From positions 1 through 27,348 of the IMG/VR virus record IMGVR_UViG_3300029823_000012: 27,348 nucleotides of DNA; one strand, 5' to 3'. Source of the stretch: a virus (taxonomy: Duplodnaviria; Caudoviricetes). The notes under the pieces were generated by a model. That model had not been told where the DNA came from. It saw nothing but the letters and a program-made list of their open reading frames with translations, and did no database searches. This document shows, one piece after another, positions 16,733-26,541 of the stretch (position 1 is the stretch's first letter; the number at the start of each line of letters is the position of its first letter). Position numbers and translations under genes: made by a program.

Positions 16733-17764
16733 ATTGGTATTAACGTAAACCGTTTGACTGATTATTTAATTAATAATCATGATGCAGTTGAAACTATTTT
16801 AAACGATATTGGATTTACACATATTCGATATAATGCAGATAAACAAGAAATTCGTTTTAGTCGTAGAGAAGGTGGTAATCCAACTGCGGTTGTACTGTAT
16901 CTTAATACTATGTCATTTTATTGTTTTTCGACAAATCAACATGGAAATATTTATACATTGGTAATGCAACATAAAAATATTTCTTTCCCAATGTCATTAC
17001 AATATATTGCTAATGAATTAGGATTGTCACAACAGCAATTAGATTTAAAAACTCATTTACCATTTGGTGGATTTTATAAAAACATAATTAATTGCAATAT
17101 TGAACCTGAATGTCATTTAAAAACCTATGATAAATCAATTTTAAATCCTTATTTACATAAGTACAATATGATGTTTTTCAATGATGGTATTGATTTCCAA
17201 ACTCAAGAAGAATATCAAATAGGTTATGATCTCGATAGTGGCAGAATTACATTTCCTATATGGACATTAAATGGAGAATTATGTGGAATTATGGGACGTT
17301 TAAATGATACTAATTGTCCTAAAGAAAATCGTTGGTTACCTATTATTCCTTGTCAACGTAGTTTAACATTGAGTGCATATCATAGAAATTATAAATATAT
17401 ACAACAAAAAGGGTTAGCAATTATTTGTGAATCAGATAAAGCTCCTGCTCAAATGCATAGTTTTGGATGTAATATCGGAATAGGTACTTCTGGATGTCAT
17501 ATATCAAAAATTCAAGCTAAATATTTAAAAGGATTACGTGTCCCTCGTTTAGTAATAGCTTATGATGAGGGGTTAGAAGAAGAACAGGTAAGAGAAGAAA
17601 CTAAAAAATTAATTGTTAATACACCAATTTATAAAAATCATGTTGGATATGTATGGGATAGTGAAAATGAAATATTAAAAAAAGGAGAAAAACAATCTCC
17701 CACAGATGTTGGAAAAGAAAAATTTGCATATTTAATGAAAAAGAAAGTGAAGTGGTTATCATAG
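16733..17764 (+). CDS. DnaG-like primase (degenerate motifs; probable ATT start, ORF track 16754)
   Basis: RITFPIW..GELCGIMGR, TOPRIM-like IICESDK and IAYDEG, SPTDVG; follows the helicase. Confidence 0.75.
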   Translation: MGINVNRLTDYLINNHDAVETILNDIGFTHIRYNADKQEIRFSRREGGNPTAVVLYLNTMSFYCFSTNQHGNIYTLVMQHKNISFPMSLQYIANELGLSQQQLDLKTHLPFGGFYKNIINCNIEPECHLKTYDKSILNPYLHKYNMMFFNDGIDFQTQEEYQIGYDLDSGRITFPIWTLNGELCGIMGRLNDTNCPKENRWLPIIPCQRSLTLSAYHRNYKYIQQKGLAIICESDKAPAQMHSFGCNIGIGTSGCHISKIQAKYLKGLRVPRLVIAYDEGLEEEQVREETKKLIVNTPIYKNHVGYVWDSENEILKKGEKQSPTDVGKEKFAYLMKKKVKWLS

Positions 17765-18870
17765 GAAAACGTGTATTAGACTCAAGGTTAAAAGCTTTAT
17801 ATGATAAAGGGGCAAAGGTTTATAGCTTCAGCAAAGCTAATACAATTCATGATTGTTTATATTGTGCATATCTTACATACATTTTACATAATAAGGGAAC
17901 TCCTAATTGTTATTCAATTATGGGAACAAAAGTACATGATACATTACAAGCGCTTATGGAAAATAAGGCAACTGAAAAAGATTTATTACCTGCATTACAA
18001 AGTGAGCTTGATGATATAGATATGTTAAATATTACTTTTCCTAAAGATAGACATGGTAATGATTCAATTAAAGATAAATGGGTTGCTGATATGACGGATT
18101 TTTGTAAAACATTTAAAAAGCCAAAAGGTAAATTTCAAACGGAACAATTAGTATTATTGCCATTATCAAATAACCGATATTTACAGGGTTATATTGATCT
18201 AATCCAATTTCATAATGACAAAGAAATTTCTATTTATGATTGGAAAACATCAAGTCAATTTACTAATAAAAATGTAAAAGAGCATGGACGACAGCTTGTA
18301 CTCTATGCTATGGCAAAAGAATATGAAGGGTATAAAATACATAATGTTGGTTGGATAATGTTAAAATATATCACTGTGAAATATAATGGTAAAGCAAGAA
18401 TTAACTCAAAAAAAGAAACACTACAAACCAAAGTAATAGAACGTAGTCAAATCATATCTGTTTTATACGATGTAATTTATAACAAATTATTAAATGCTGG
18501 ATATGATAAAATAGAAGCTGAATATTATTTACAACAAGCAAGTCAGGCAAAATCCATAGAGATACTTCCAAACAATATTAAAAATCAATTTTCAATTAAA
18601 CCCTATATCAGGTATTATGAACTTACAGATGAAATAAAACAAGAAGCAATGGATTATATGAATCAGCAAGCTGATTTATTTGAATCTTTAGATAACAAAG
18701 AAGAGAATTGGAAACATAGAGATTTTACAAAGCAATTAAAAAGTGGGAAAGAAATAAACGATACATTTTTTTGTAATAATTTATGTAATTTCAAAAGTAG
18801 TTGTAAATATATTAAAGCATTTAATGATTTAAATAATATAGCTGATTTAGACGATTCACAACTTTTTTAA
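17761..18870 (+). CDS. PD-(D/E)XK nuclease (AddB/Cas4-like; probable ATA start, ORF track 17752)
   Basis: YSFSK..C, GTKVH, QGYIDLI, IYDWKTS, QLVLY, C-terminal CNNLC..C. Confidence 0.85.
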   Translation: MGKRVLDSRLKALYDKGAKVYSFSKANTIHDCLYCAYLTYILHNKGTPNCYSIMGTKVHDTLQALMENKATEKDLLPALQSELDDIDMLNITFPKDRHGNDSIKDKWVADMTDFCKTFKKPKGKFQTEQLVLLPLSNNRYLQGYIDLIQFHNDKEISIYDWKTSSQFTNKNVKEHGRQLVLYAMAKEYEGYKIHNVGWIMLKYITVKYNGKARINSKKETLQTKVIERSQIISVLYDVIYNKLLNAGYDKIEAEYYLQQASQAKSIEILPNNIKNQFSIKPYIRYYELTDEIKQEAMDYMNQQADLFESLDNKEENWKHRDFTKQLKSGKEINDTFFCNNLCNFKSSCKYIKAFNDLNNIADLDDSQLF

Positions 18871-18882
18871 AGGAGGGATTGC

Positions 18883-21800
18883 TTGCAAAATTATCACAAA
18901 CATACTTGTTATAGTAATATATATAATGCTGATTCTACGGCAACATATGAAGATTATATACATAGGTGTAAAGAATTAGGACATAAAGTAATAAGCAGTG
19001 TAGAACATGGTTGGCAATCAAATTACTATGTTCCTTTTACATTGGTTAAAGAGAATAACGATAAATATAAACAACTTTATGATGAACATAAAATTGATAA
19101 ACAGGAATATAAAAAGAATTTATTAAAGTTTGTTTTTGGGACAGAAGCATATTGGGTTAAAGATAGAGAAATAATTCAAAAGCATCAATATAGAACAAGT
19201 AAAGGGAAAATAGAAACAAAAGAATCAAAAGATAGAACAAACTGTCATATAGTTATTCTTGCAAAAAATGAAAACGGTAGAGAAGCAATTAATGATATAT
19301 TAGCAGAAGCAAATATATCAGGATATTATTTTAGACCACGTATTGATTTATCTTTAATTTTTAGTTTACCTAAAGATGATGTATTTATTACATCTGCATG
19401 TATTGCAGGATGGAAATACGATGATGCTGAAGATATATATTTGAAAATGCACAATTATTTTCAAGACAATTTTATGCTTGAAATTCAAAATCATAATACA
19501 GACGCACAAAAAATGTTAAATCAACGAATCAAAAACTTTGCCTATAAAAATGATATTCAAATGATTGTAGGATTAGATAGCCATTATATTTATCCAGAAC
19601 AAAGTGCAGATAGAGATTATTTGTTGGCGGCAAAAAATGTTCATTATGATGGCGAAGATAATTGGTATATGGATTATCCAGATGATAAAACAGTTATAAA
19701 ACGTTTTTTAGAACAAGGTGTTTTTAATGAACAAGAAATTTTAACAGCTATGAATAATACAGATATTTGTTTATCATTTGATGATTACTATGATAATAAA
19801 ATTTTTAAAAAAGATATTAAATTACCTACATTATATCCGGATAAAACACAAAAAGAAAAAAATGAAATTTATGGACGATTAATTACAAAGAAATTTAAAG
19901 AATATATGAAAAATGTTCCCAAAGAATACTATCAAGAATATTTTGATGGTGTACAGATGGAAGTTAATACTTATAAAGATACAGGTATGGTTGACTATCC
20001 ACTTATGGATTATCAAATTATGAAAAGAGGTAAAGAATTAGGAGGTGTTTTAACAAAAACAGGACGTGGATCAGCTCCTTCATATTTTACAAATACGTTG
20101 TGTGGATTTAGTTCTATTGATAGATTCCAATCACCTATTAAATTATATCCTGAACGTTTTATCAGTGAAAGCCGTATCAAAGAAACAAAGTCATTACCTG
20201 ATATTGATATGAATGTATCAGACCAAAGTATTTTTGAAGAAGCTCAAAAAGAAGTTTTAGGAGAAAATCATGCTTATCCTATGATTGCTTTTGGTACATT
20301 AAAAAAGAAAGCTGCTTTCAAGTTATATGCCAGAGCAAAAAATATGGATTTTGATTTAGCTAATAAAATTTCAGAGCAGTTAAGCCAATATGATGAAGCA
20401 TACAAATTTGCTTCAGATGATGAAAAAGAAAATATGAGTATCTATGATTATGTGGATAAACAATATCATGAATATCTCGATAAAAGCAAAAATTATTTGG
20501 GAATTGTCGTAGATAAGAAAAAAGCTCCTTGTAGCTATTTACTGTATAATGGTGATATTCGCAAAGAAATTGGTTTAATCAAATGTAAAAGTAGTTCAAC
20601 ACATAAAGAATATATTACGACAGTTATAGATGGAGCAGTAGCAGAAAATTATAAGTTTCTTAAAAATGACTTACTAAAAGTTGATGTTGTACTTCTTATA
20701 GACAAAATATGTAAACGAATTGGTATTAAGCAACCTACCGTGCCTGAACTAACAAAAATTATTGATGGTAATAAAAAAGTATGGGACATTTATGCTAATG
20801 GATATACTATGGGAATAAATCAATGTGAAAAAGAATCGGCAACTAAAAAACTTATGAAATACAAACCACAAAATATTTCAGAGTTAGCAGCATGGGTAGC
20901 AGCTATTAGACCTGCTTTTCGTTCTATGTATGGTAAATTTGCTAAACGAGAAAAATTTGAGTATGGAATTAAAGCATTTGATAAATTACTCCAAACACCT
21001 CAATTACCTTATTCGTTTATGCTTTATCAGGAACAAACTATGAATACTTTACACTATGCAGGATTTCCTATGGATCAATGTTATGGTATTATTAAAGCTA
21101 TTGCAAAAAAACATCCTGAAAAAGTAAAGCCATTAAAAGATACATTTATTAATGGTGATGAGCAGCAACATATCGTTGGATTTAAACAACGTATTATTGA
21201 AGACGATAAAGTATCACAAGAACAAGCATCTGAATATGCTAAAAAAGTATGGCAGATTATAGAGGATAATGCAGGGTATGGATTTAATTCAAGTCATAGT
21301 TATTCTGTAGCTCTTGATAGTTTATACGGAGCATGGTTAAAGGCATATTATCCATATGAATTTTACGAAGTTATGCTTCAGCACTATTCAGATAAAGGAC
21401 AAAAAGATAAGGTTTCGTTATTTAAACAAGAAATGACAAAAGCATTTGGAATAACAGAAGGAAAATATAAATTTGGCAATGATAATAGACAGTTTACATC
21501 TGATAAGAAAAATCATGTAATTAATCCATCATTAGTATCTATAAAAGCATTAAACCAACGTATTTCTAATGAACTTTATGATTTATCACAACAAAAGCAA
21601 TATTCTTCATTTTTTGATTTATTACAAGATATTAGTTCTAAAACTTCTGTTAATTCTAAACAGCTTGATATTTTAGTGAAATTAGATTATTTTTGTGATT
21701 TTGGACAGATAAATGAATTACTTGATAAAATTCAAATTTACAACAATTTAGCAAACAAAAAACAAATTAAACATGATGACTTGGTAAAGTACAATTTATC

Positions 21801-22242
21801 AGAAGAAGTTATGAAACAATTATCTACGAAAGTAACAGAAAAATTATATAAAGGATTTGATTGGAAACAGCTTGTACAATATCAGTGGAAAAATTTAAAA
21901 ATACGCCCAACAACTTTATTGGATAAGATTCATTATGAATTAGACTGTTTAGGATATGTTCAAACGATTGATAAAAATATAGCTCCTATATATGCTGTTG
22001 TAACAAATATAGATGGAAAGTATAAAAACAAAAAAGTAACTTTATATCGTATTCATGATGGTACAAATGATATAGTCAAGGTAAAAGCTAAGACATTGGA
22101 AACCGCACCATTAAATGTCGGTGATATGATTAAAACGATTGAAGTTAATGAAGAAAAGAAGTGGGGTAAAGATTCAGAGGGCAATTTTTATAGGAAAGAT
22201 GAAACAGAATTAGTATTAAAAAAATATTCATTTGTGAGGTGA
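18883..22242 (+). CDS. dnaE: DNA polymerase III alpha subunit, phage-type
   Basis: PHP domain (HKHTCYS, EHG, GTEAY, DSHY), GRGSA, PDIDMN, KNDLL, YQEQ, YGFNSSHS. Confidence 0.95.
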   Translation: MQNYHKHTCYSNIYNADSTATYEDYIHRCKELGHKVISSVEHGWQSNYYVPFTLVKENNDKYKQLYDEHKIDKQEYKKNLLKFVFGTEAYWVKDREIIQKHQYRTSKGKIETKESKDRTNCHIVILAKNENGREAINDILAEANISGYYFRPRIDLSLIFSLPKDDVFITSACIAGWKYDDAEDIYLKMHNYFQDNFMLEIQNHNTDAQKMLNQRIKNFAYKNDIQMIVGLDSHYIYPEQSADRDYLLAAKNVHYDGEDNWYMDYPDDKTVIKRFLEQGVFNEQEILTAMNNTDICLSFDDYYDNKIFKKDIKLPTLYPDKTQKEKNEIYGRLITKKFKEYMKNVPKEYYQEYFDGVQMEVNTYKDTGMVDYPLMDYQIMKRGKELGGVLTKTGRGSAPSYFTNTLCGFSSIDRFQSPIKLYPERFISESRIKETKSLPDIDMNVSDQSIFEEAQKEVLGENHAYPMIAFGTLKKKAAFKLYARAKNMDFDLANKISEQLSQYDEAYKFASDDEKENMSIYDYVDKQYHEYLDKSKNYLGIVVDKKKAPCSYLLYNGDIRKEIGLIKCKSSSTHKEYITTVIDGAVAENYKFLKNDLLKVDVVLLIDKICKRIGIKQPTVPELTKIIDGNKKVWDIYANGYTMGINQCEKESATKKLMKYKPQNISELAAWVAAIRPAFRSMYGKFAKREKFEYGIKAFDKLLQTPQLPYSFMLYQEQTMNTLHYAGFPMDQCYGIIKAIAKKHPEKVKPLKDTFINGDEQQHIVGFKQRIIEDDKVSQEQASEYAKKVWQIIEDNAGYGFNSSHSYSVALDSLYGAWLKAYYPYEFYEVMLQHYSDKGQKDKVSLFKQEMTKAFGITEGKYKFGNDNRQFTSDKKNHVINPSLVSIKALNQRISNELYDLSQQKQYSSFFDLLQDISSKTSVNSKQLDILVKLDYFCDFGQINELLDKIQIYNNLANKKQIKHDDLVKYNLSEEVMKQLSTKVTEKLYKGFDWKQLVQYQWKNLKIRPTTLLDKIHYELDCLGYVQTIDKNIAPIYAVVTNIDGKYKNKKVTLYRIHDGTNDIVKVKAKTLETAPLNVGDMIKTIEVNEEKKWGKDSEGNFYRKDETELVLKKYSFVR

Positions 22243-22247
22243 TTTTG

Positions 22248-22778
22248 ATTTTAGATTTATATAAATATACTGATACAGAAAAGAAACAATTAATAAAATC
22301 TATAGGAATATGGATAGACACACGCGAGAAAGTGAATCAGCATATTATAGACTGGTTTGATAGGCATAAAATTGAATATAAAACAAAAGCATTATCAAAT
22401 GGAGATTATTCTTTTTACATATCTGCTAACCCTGATTTAAATATAAATCGTTGTTTAGATTTTAGCCATAAAATTATGATTGAACGTAAAGCATCTTTAG
22501 ATGAATTAAGTGGTAACCTAACGCAGAATCGTGATAGGTTTGAAAAGGAAATGTCAATTTATCAAGGTAAAAAATATTTATTGATTGAAAATTCAAGTTA
22601 TGCAGATATTGTGAATCAAAATTATAAAACTAAATTTAATCCAAAGTCATATCTTGGTAGTTTACATAGTTTTAACCAAAAGTATAATCTTGAAATAGTT
22701 TTTATGCCAGACAACCAATATAGCGGTTTATGGATTTATGAAACGTTGGTACATTATTTTACAAATATAATAAGATGA
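22248..22778 (+). CDS. ERCC4/XPF-family nuclease (probable ATT start; ORF track 22239)
   Basis: IDTREK, GDYS, IERKASLDEL, LLIE. Confidence 0.88.
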   Translation: MLDLYKYTDTEKKQLIKSIGIWIDTREKVNQHIIDWFDRHKIEYKTKALSNGDYSFYISANPDLNINRCLDFSHKIMIERKASLDELSGNLTQNRDRFEKEMSIYQGKKYLLIENSSYADIVNQNYKTKFNPKSYLGSLHSFNQKYNLEIVFMPDNQYSGLWIYETLVHYFTNIIR

Positions 22779-22792
22779 AATATTGATTTAAT
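22775..22792 (+). repeat. Junction site S6
   Basis: TAAG-ATGAAA-TATTGA-TTTAAT-T; contains the ERCC4 stop codon. Confidence 0.7.
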
Positions 22793-22824
22793 TCAATAAT
22801 ATTAAAAATAAAGGAGTAATGATT

Positions 22825-23517
22825 ATACAATATTTTGGTGGAAAAGCTAAGATAGCTAAATATATAGTTTCTTTTCTTGAATCACATAGAAAAGAAAATC
22901 AAATATATATAGAACCATTTGTGGGTGGAGCAAATATTGTTTCTAAGATGACAGACAAACGGTATGCTTATGATTTGAACGAATACCTTATAGAGATGTA
23001 CAAAGGAGTACAAAATGGCTATGAGTTACCTGATACATTATCAGAAGAACAATATCAATATATAAAAAGTCATAAAAATGAGAATAAAGCACTTACAGGC
23101 TTCGTAGGATTTGGATGTAGTTTTTCAGGAAAATGGTTTGGTGGTTATGCAAGAGACCATAATGGAAGAAATTATTGTAAAAATGCTAAAAATTCAATAA
23201 TAAAACAGTTTCCATATATAAAAGATGTGATATTTGAATGTAAAGATTATAAAATATTAAATCCACATGATTGTTTGATTTATTGTGACCCACCGTATCA
23301 AGGTACTACAAAATATACAGGAGTTCCAGATTTTAATTCTGATGAATTTTGGGATGTTATGCGACGATGGTCAATAGATAATGATGTTTATATTTCAGAA
23401 TACAATGCGCCAAATGATTTTATAAGTGTTTTAACTATACCAACAAAAACAGATATTAGAGATACCAATAATAAAAATATTAAAAGAATTGAAAAGTTAT
23501 TTACATATAGCAAATGA
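22825..23517 (+). CDS. Dam/D12-class N6-adenine DNA methyltransferase, paralogue of 8512..9249 (probable ATA start; ORF track 22819)
   Basis: QYFGGK, EPFVGGAN, KWFGGYA, YCDPPY, ISEY, EKLF. Confidence 0.9.
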   Translation: MQYFGGKAKIAKYIVSFLESHRKENQIYIEPFVGGANIVSKMTDKRYAYDLNEYLIEMYKGVQNGYELPDTLSEEQYQYIKSHKNENKALTGFVGFGCSFSGKWFGGYARDHNGRNYCKNAKNSIIKQFPYIKDVIFECKDYKILNPHDCLIYCDPPYQGTTKYTGVPDFNSDEFWDVMRRWSIDNDVYISEYNAPNDFISVLTIPTKTDIRDTNNKNIKRIEKLFTYSK

Positions 23518-23531
23518 AACAGTTCTTTCAG
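23514..23531 (+). repeat. Junction site S7
   Basis: ATGAAA-CAGTTC-TTTCAG-T; contains the MTase stop codon. Confidence 0.65.
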
Positions 23532-23547
23532 TATAAAAGGAGAATTT

Positions 23548-23678
23548 ATGGACGAAAAGCAATTATTCATTGTGCGAATTGTAAGGTAAATTATGATATG
23601 TTGAAATTACTTCTTGGAGAAGAAAATTATAAGTGGTATATTGATAAATTCCAAATTAAGGAGAGTGACAAACATTAA
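23548..23678 (+). pseudogene. Small ORF, apparently frameshifted near codon 4
   Basis: AAGGAG + ATG gives 13 aa; the -1 frame reads AIIHCANCKVNYDMLKLLLGEENYKWYIDKFQIKESDKH* and ends on the ligase start. Confidence 0.35.
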
Positions 23679-24999
23679 TACTATTGAAAGTGTAAAATCG
23701 ATTTTTGATAAATTGCAGTCAACTAATTCAAAAAAAGGTAAAGAACAGATTCTCAAAGAAAACCAGAACAATGAACTGTTTACAGATATTCTAAAATTTT
23801 TACTTGATTCACATATTATTACAGGATTAAGCGAAAAGAAAATCAATAAGAATATAGGTGTTTTACCAAATGTTAATTATAGTGAAAAACTAAATAATGG
23901 CTATTCCACAACTGATATTCGTAATTTGTTTGAATATATCAAAAAGAATAATACAGGAAAAGATATTGATATTTCAGTTTGTGAAAGTTATTTTGCTAAT
24001 TTTGATGCAGAGACAAGATTCTTTATTAAAGATATTCTTACAAAGTCATTGAAATTAGGCATTGATACAAAGACAGTCAACAAAGTATATGGCAATAATT
24101 TTATTCCAACATGGGAAGTGCAGCAAGCATATAGTATTGATAAATATCCTTTGAAGAAAGGAGAATGGTTTTCGCTAAGTGAAAAGCTAAATGGTAATAG
24201 AGGTACATATTATAAGGGTAAAATTATTAGCAGACAAGGAAAAGAATTTACAGGATTAAATCACATTGTCAATGATATTAAAGTGTTACTTGGGGATAAA
24301 GCTGATAGCATTGTTCTTGACGGAGAACTTAGACGTAAAAATATTGATGGTATTTCAGATAATGAAAATTTTAGAATCGGTACTGGAATCCTAAATTCTG
24401 ATGACGCAGATAAATCTTGCATTAATTTCACTATGTATGACGTACTGTCTGTTGAAGAGTTTAATAAAGGTATTGGAACTATTAAATATTGTAAACGTAG
24501 GGAAATACTCAATAATATGCGAGATACTATTCGAGAAAAACATTTGAATAATATTGCAATTGTAGATATGTTTTATGAAGGCACAGATCAGACACAGATT
24601 TCAAAATATCTTGACAAGATGGTTTCAGAAGATAAAGAAGGTTGTATGCTCGATAAAGATGTGGTGTACAAATGTAAACGTCATAGTGGAATTCTGAAAG
24701 TAAAGAGATTTTATACTTGTGACCTGAAGATTCTAAGACTTGAAGAGGGGTCTGGTAGACTGTCTGGTACGCTAGGTGCATTTGTAGTAGATTATAAAGG
24801 CAATGAACTCAATGTAGGTAGCGGTATGTCAGATGAACAGCGTACAGAATTCTGGAATAAATGTGATGAATTAGTTGGCAGAGTCATTGAAGTAAAATAC
24901 AAAGAAGAGAGCAATGATAAAACTACAGGCAATGTGAGTTTACAATTTCCGATTTTTATTAGTCTCAGAGAAGTTGGAAAAGAAGTAAGTTACTCATAA
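23674..24999 (+). CDS. ATP-dependent DNA ligase (probable ATT start; ORF track 23614)
   Basis: SEKLNGNR (KxD/NG), VLDGEL, EGCM, ILKVK, VGSG, SLQFPIF. Confidence 0.92.
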   Translation: MNTIESVKSIFDKLQSTNSKKGKEQILKENQNNELFTDILKFLLDSHIITGLSEKKINKNIGVLPNVNYSEKLNNGYSTTDIRNLFEYIKKNNTGKDIDISVCESYFANFDAETRFFIKDILTKSLKLGIDTKTVNKVYGNNFIPTWEVQQAYSIDKYPLKKGEWFSLSEKLNGNRGTYYKGKIISRQGKEFTGLNHIVNDIKVLLGDKADSIVLDGELRRKNIDGISDNENFRIGTGILNSDDADKSCINFTMYDVLSVEEFNKGIGTIKYCKRREILNNMRDTIREKHLNNIAIVDMFYEGTDQTQISKYLDKMVSEDKEGCMLDKDVVYKCKRHSGILKVKRFYTCDLKILRLEEGSGRLSGTLGAFVVDYKGNELNVGSGMSDEQRTEFWNKCDELVGRVIEVKYKEESNDKTTGNVSLQFPIFISLREVGKEVSYS

Positions 25000-25028
25000 T
25001 ACAATACTAAAAATATTAAACACAGTAC

Positions 25029-25057
25029 TTGACTTTTAATATTTTAACAGCTATAAT
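25029..25057 (+). promoter_or_regulatory. sigmaA promoter with paired motifs, near copy of the 10903 promoter
   Basis: TTGACT-17-TATAAT; AAAATATTAAA at 25010, inverted TTTTAATATTTT at 25034-25045. Confidence 0.8.
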
Positions 25058-25081
25058 AGGATATAGAAAGTTGAGGGAAAT

Positions 25082-25627
25082 ATGAATACATATTTTATTA
25101 GCGATTTACATTTTGGTCATTACAATATTATTCGATTTGATAATAGGCCGTTCAAAACAATTGAAGAAATGGATAATACACTAATTACTAATTGGAACGA
25201 TATAATTAATAACGATGATACTGTTTATATCTTAGGTGATGTATCTTGGTATAATCCAGAACAAACTTATAATATTTTGAAACAGCTTAAAGGAAAGAAA
25301 ATTTTAATTAAAGGTAATCATGATAATATTGTTAAAGACAAAAGATGCAGAGAACAGTTTATTACAATTAAAGATTATGATGAAATTTATTTAAATAATC
25401 AGCTTATCATTTTGAGTCATTATCCTATTATGTATTGGAAAAATCAGTGGCATGGTACAATTCATTTATATGGTCACGTTCATGTAACAAGAGATTATGA
25501 CCATTTATTGAATTACATTCAGAACGAACATAAAATAGGAAATCCGTGTAAAATGTATAATGTTGGATGTATGATTGATTATATGAACTACAAACCAAGA
25601 ATGTTAGAAGAAATTATTAAAAACTAA
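25082..25627 (+). CDS. Calcineurin-like metallophosphoesterase
   Basis: SDLHFGH, LGD, GNHD, SHYP, GHVH motifs. Confidence 0.92.
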   Translation: MNTYFISDLHFGHYNIIRFDNRPFKTIEEMDNTLITNWNDIINNDDTVYILGDVSWYNPEQTYNILKQLKGKKILIKGNHDNIVKDKRCREQFITIKDYDEIYLNNQLIILSHYPIMYWKNQWHGTIHLYGHVHVTRDYDHLLNYIQNEHKIGNPCKMYNVGCMIDYMNYKPRMLEEIIKN

Positions 25628-25631
25628 TATA

Positions 25632-25649
25632 ATCAAACTGTGATTTTAT
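25632..25649 (+). repeat. Junction site S8
   Basis: ATCAAA-CTGTGA-TTTTAT-T right after stop 25627. Confidence 0.65.
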
Positions 25650-25666
25650 TCGATGAGGTGATTAAA

Positions 25667-25852
25667 ATAAAAATTGATATTACAGAACAGGAATTGAAAG
25701 CAATAAGCGATTGTATTTACATGGCTGCAAGGGAAGGATTTTATGCTTATTATGATGGTTCAAGAGATCAGATTGAAAATGTATTATCTGGATTTTATAA
25801 AAAGTTAGGATATAATGATAATACAATCAAAGATATTTGTGATGAGCAGTAA
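25667..25852 (+). CDS. Hypothetical protein (probable ATA start; ORF track 25640)
   Basis: GAGGTG RBS 6 nt before ATA; bracketed by S8 and S9. Confidence 0.65.
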   Translation: MKIDITEQELKAISDCIYMAAREGFYAYYDGSRDQIENVLSGFYKKLGYNDNTIKDICDEQ

Positions 25853-25853
25853 G

Positions 25854-25871
25854 ATAAATCGATTGTTTTAT
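25854..25871 (+). repeat. Junction site S9
   Basis: TAAG-ATAAAT-CGATTG-TTTTAT-T. Confidence 0.7.
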
Positions 25872-25985
25872 TGGAAAGGAATTTTATGTTTACAAATAAT
25901 GACTTATATGATTTAGATTCAGCACAATCTAAAGTTAATCAATAGTAATAATATTAAACTTAAATTAAAGGAGATGTATCTATTT

Positions 25986-26330
25986 ATGAGGTCAATTAGT
26001 CAAATGATTTGGAGTATCAATCATCGCCCATCTGGAACACATGGGTATATCAACATCAAAAATATTCGAGTGTCTAATGATTTTCTTGCAACCACACCTA
26101 AAGTATGGAAGGTCAGAGAATACTATCGACGTTATTTTCAGAATGGTTTTATTGATGAACCTGTTACAGTAAGAAGGATTAAGAATTCTAAGAACGTTGA
26201 ACTTGTAGATGGGTACATCAGATATCTAATCTGTATGACAAATATTTATAGGTTCCAAGAAGAATTCAATTGTACATACGGTCAAGTGCCAAGTCGGTTT
26301 AAGTACGTTCCAATTATGTGGGCAGAGTAA
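25986..26330 (+). CDS. Small ParB-like-fold hypothetical protein (ORF track start 25974)
   Basis: EPVTVR...LVDGYIRYL resembles the ParB/Srx DGxxR motif. Confidence 0.6.
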   Translation: MRSISQMIWSINHRPSGTHGYINIKNIRVSNDFLATTPKVWKVREYYRRYFQNGFIDEPVTVRRIKNSKNVELVDGYIRYLICMTNIYRFQEEFNCTYGQVPSRFKYVPIMWAE

Positions 26331-26342
26331 AGGAGCAGTAAA

Positions 26343-26483
26343 ATGGATAATCACTTTTTAGATTGTAAAACATGCAAAAATCAATGTTGTGATCATGGAT
26401 GTTTTTATGAAAGATCATTCTGTAGAACATTAATTTACGACATAAAGAAAAAGATTATGATTAAATTAGGTTATGATTATTAA
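26343..26483 (+). CDS. Small Cys-rich protein (46 aa), not in ORF track
   Basis: AAGGAG RBS, MDNHFLDCKTCKNQCCDHGCFYERSFCRTLIYDIKKKIMIKLGYDY*. Confidence 0.55.
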   Translation: MDNHFLDCKTCKNQCCDHGCFYERSFCRTLIYDIKKKIMIKLGYDY

Positions 26484-26541
26484 AATCGAAGCAAATGATA
26501 GCTCTATTCAATAATAATCAAATATTAAAAGGAAGATATAT

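Noticed and set aside
17761-18870. cas4 of a CRISPR system
   Set aside because: No array or other cas genes; it sits in the replication operon as a phage exonuclease
15253-22242. Inteins or introns in the helicase or DnaE
   Set aside because: Lengths are ordinary, the ORFs are continuous and no intein motifs were seen
730-24781. Minus-strand ORFs in the track and the nested + ORF 17801..18019
   Set aside because: They shadow well-supported + strand genes or the tRNA and have no recognisable motifs
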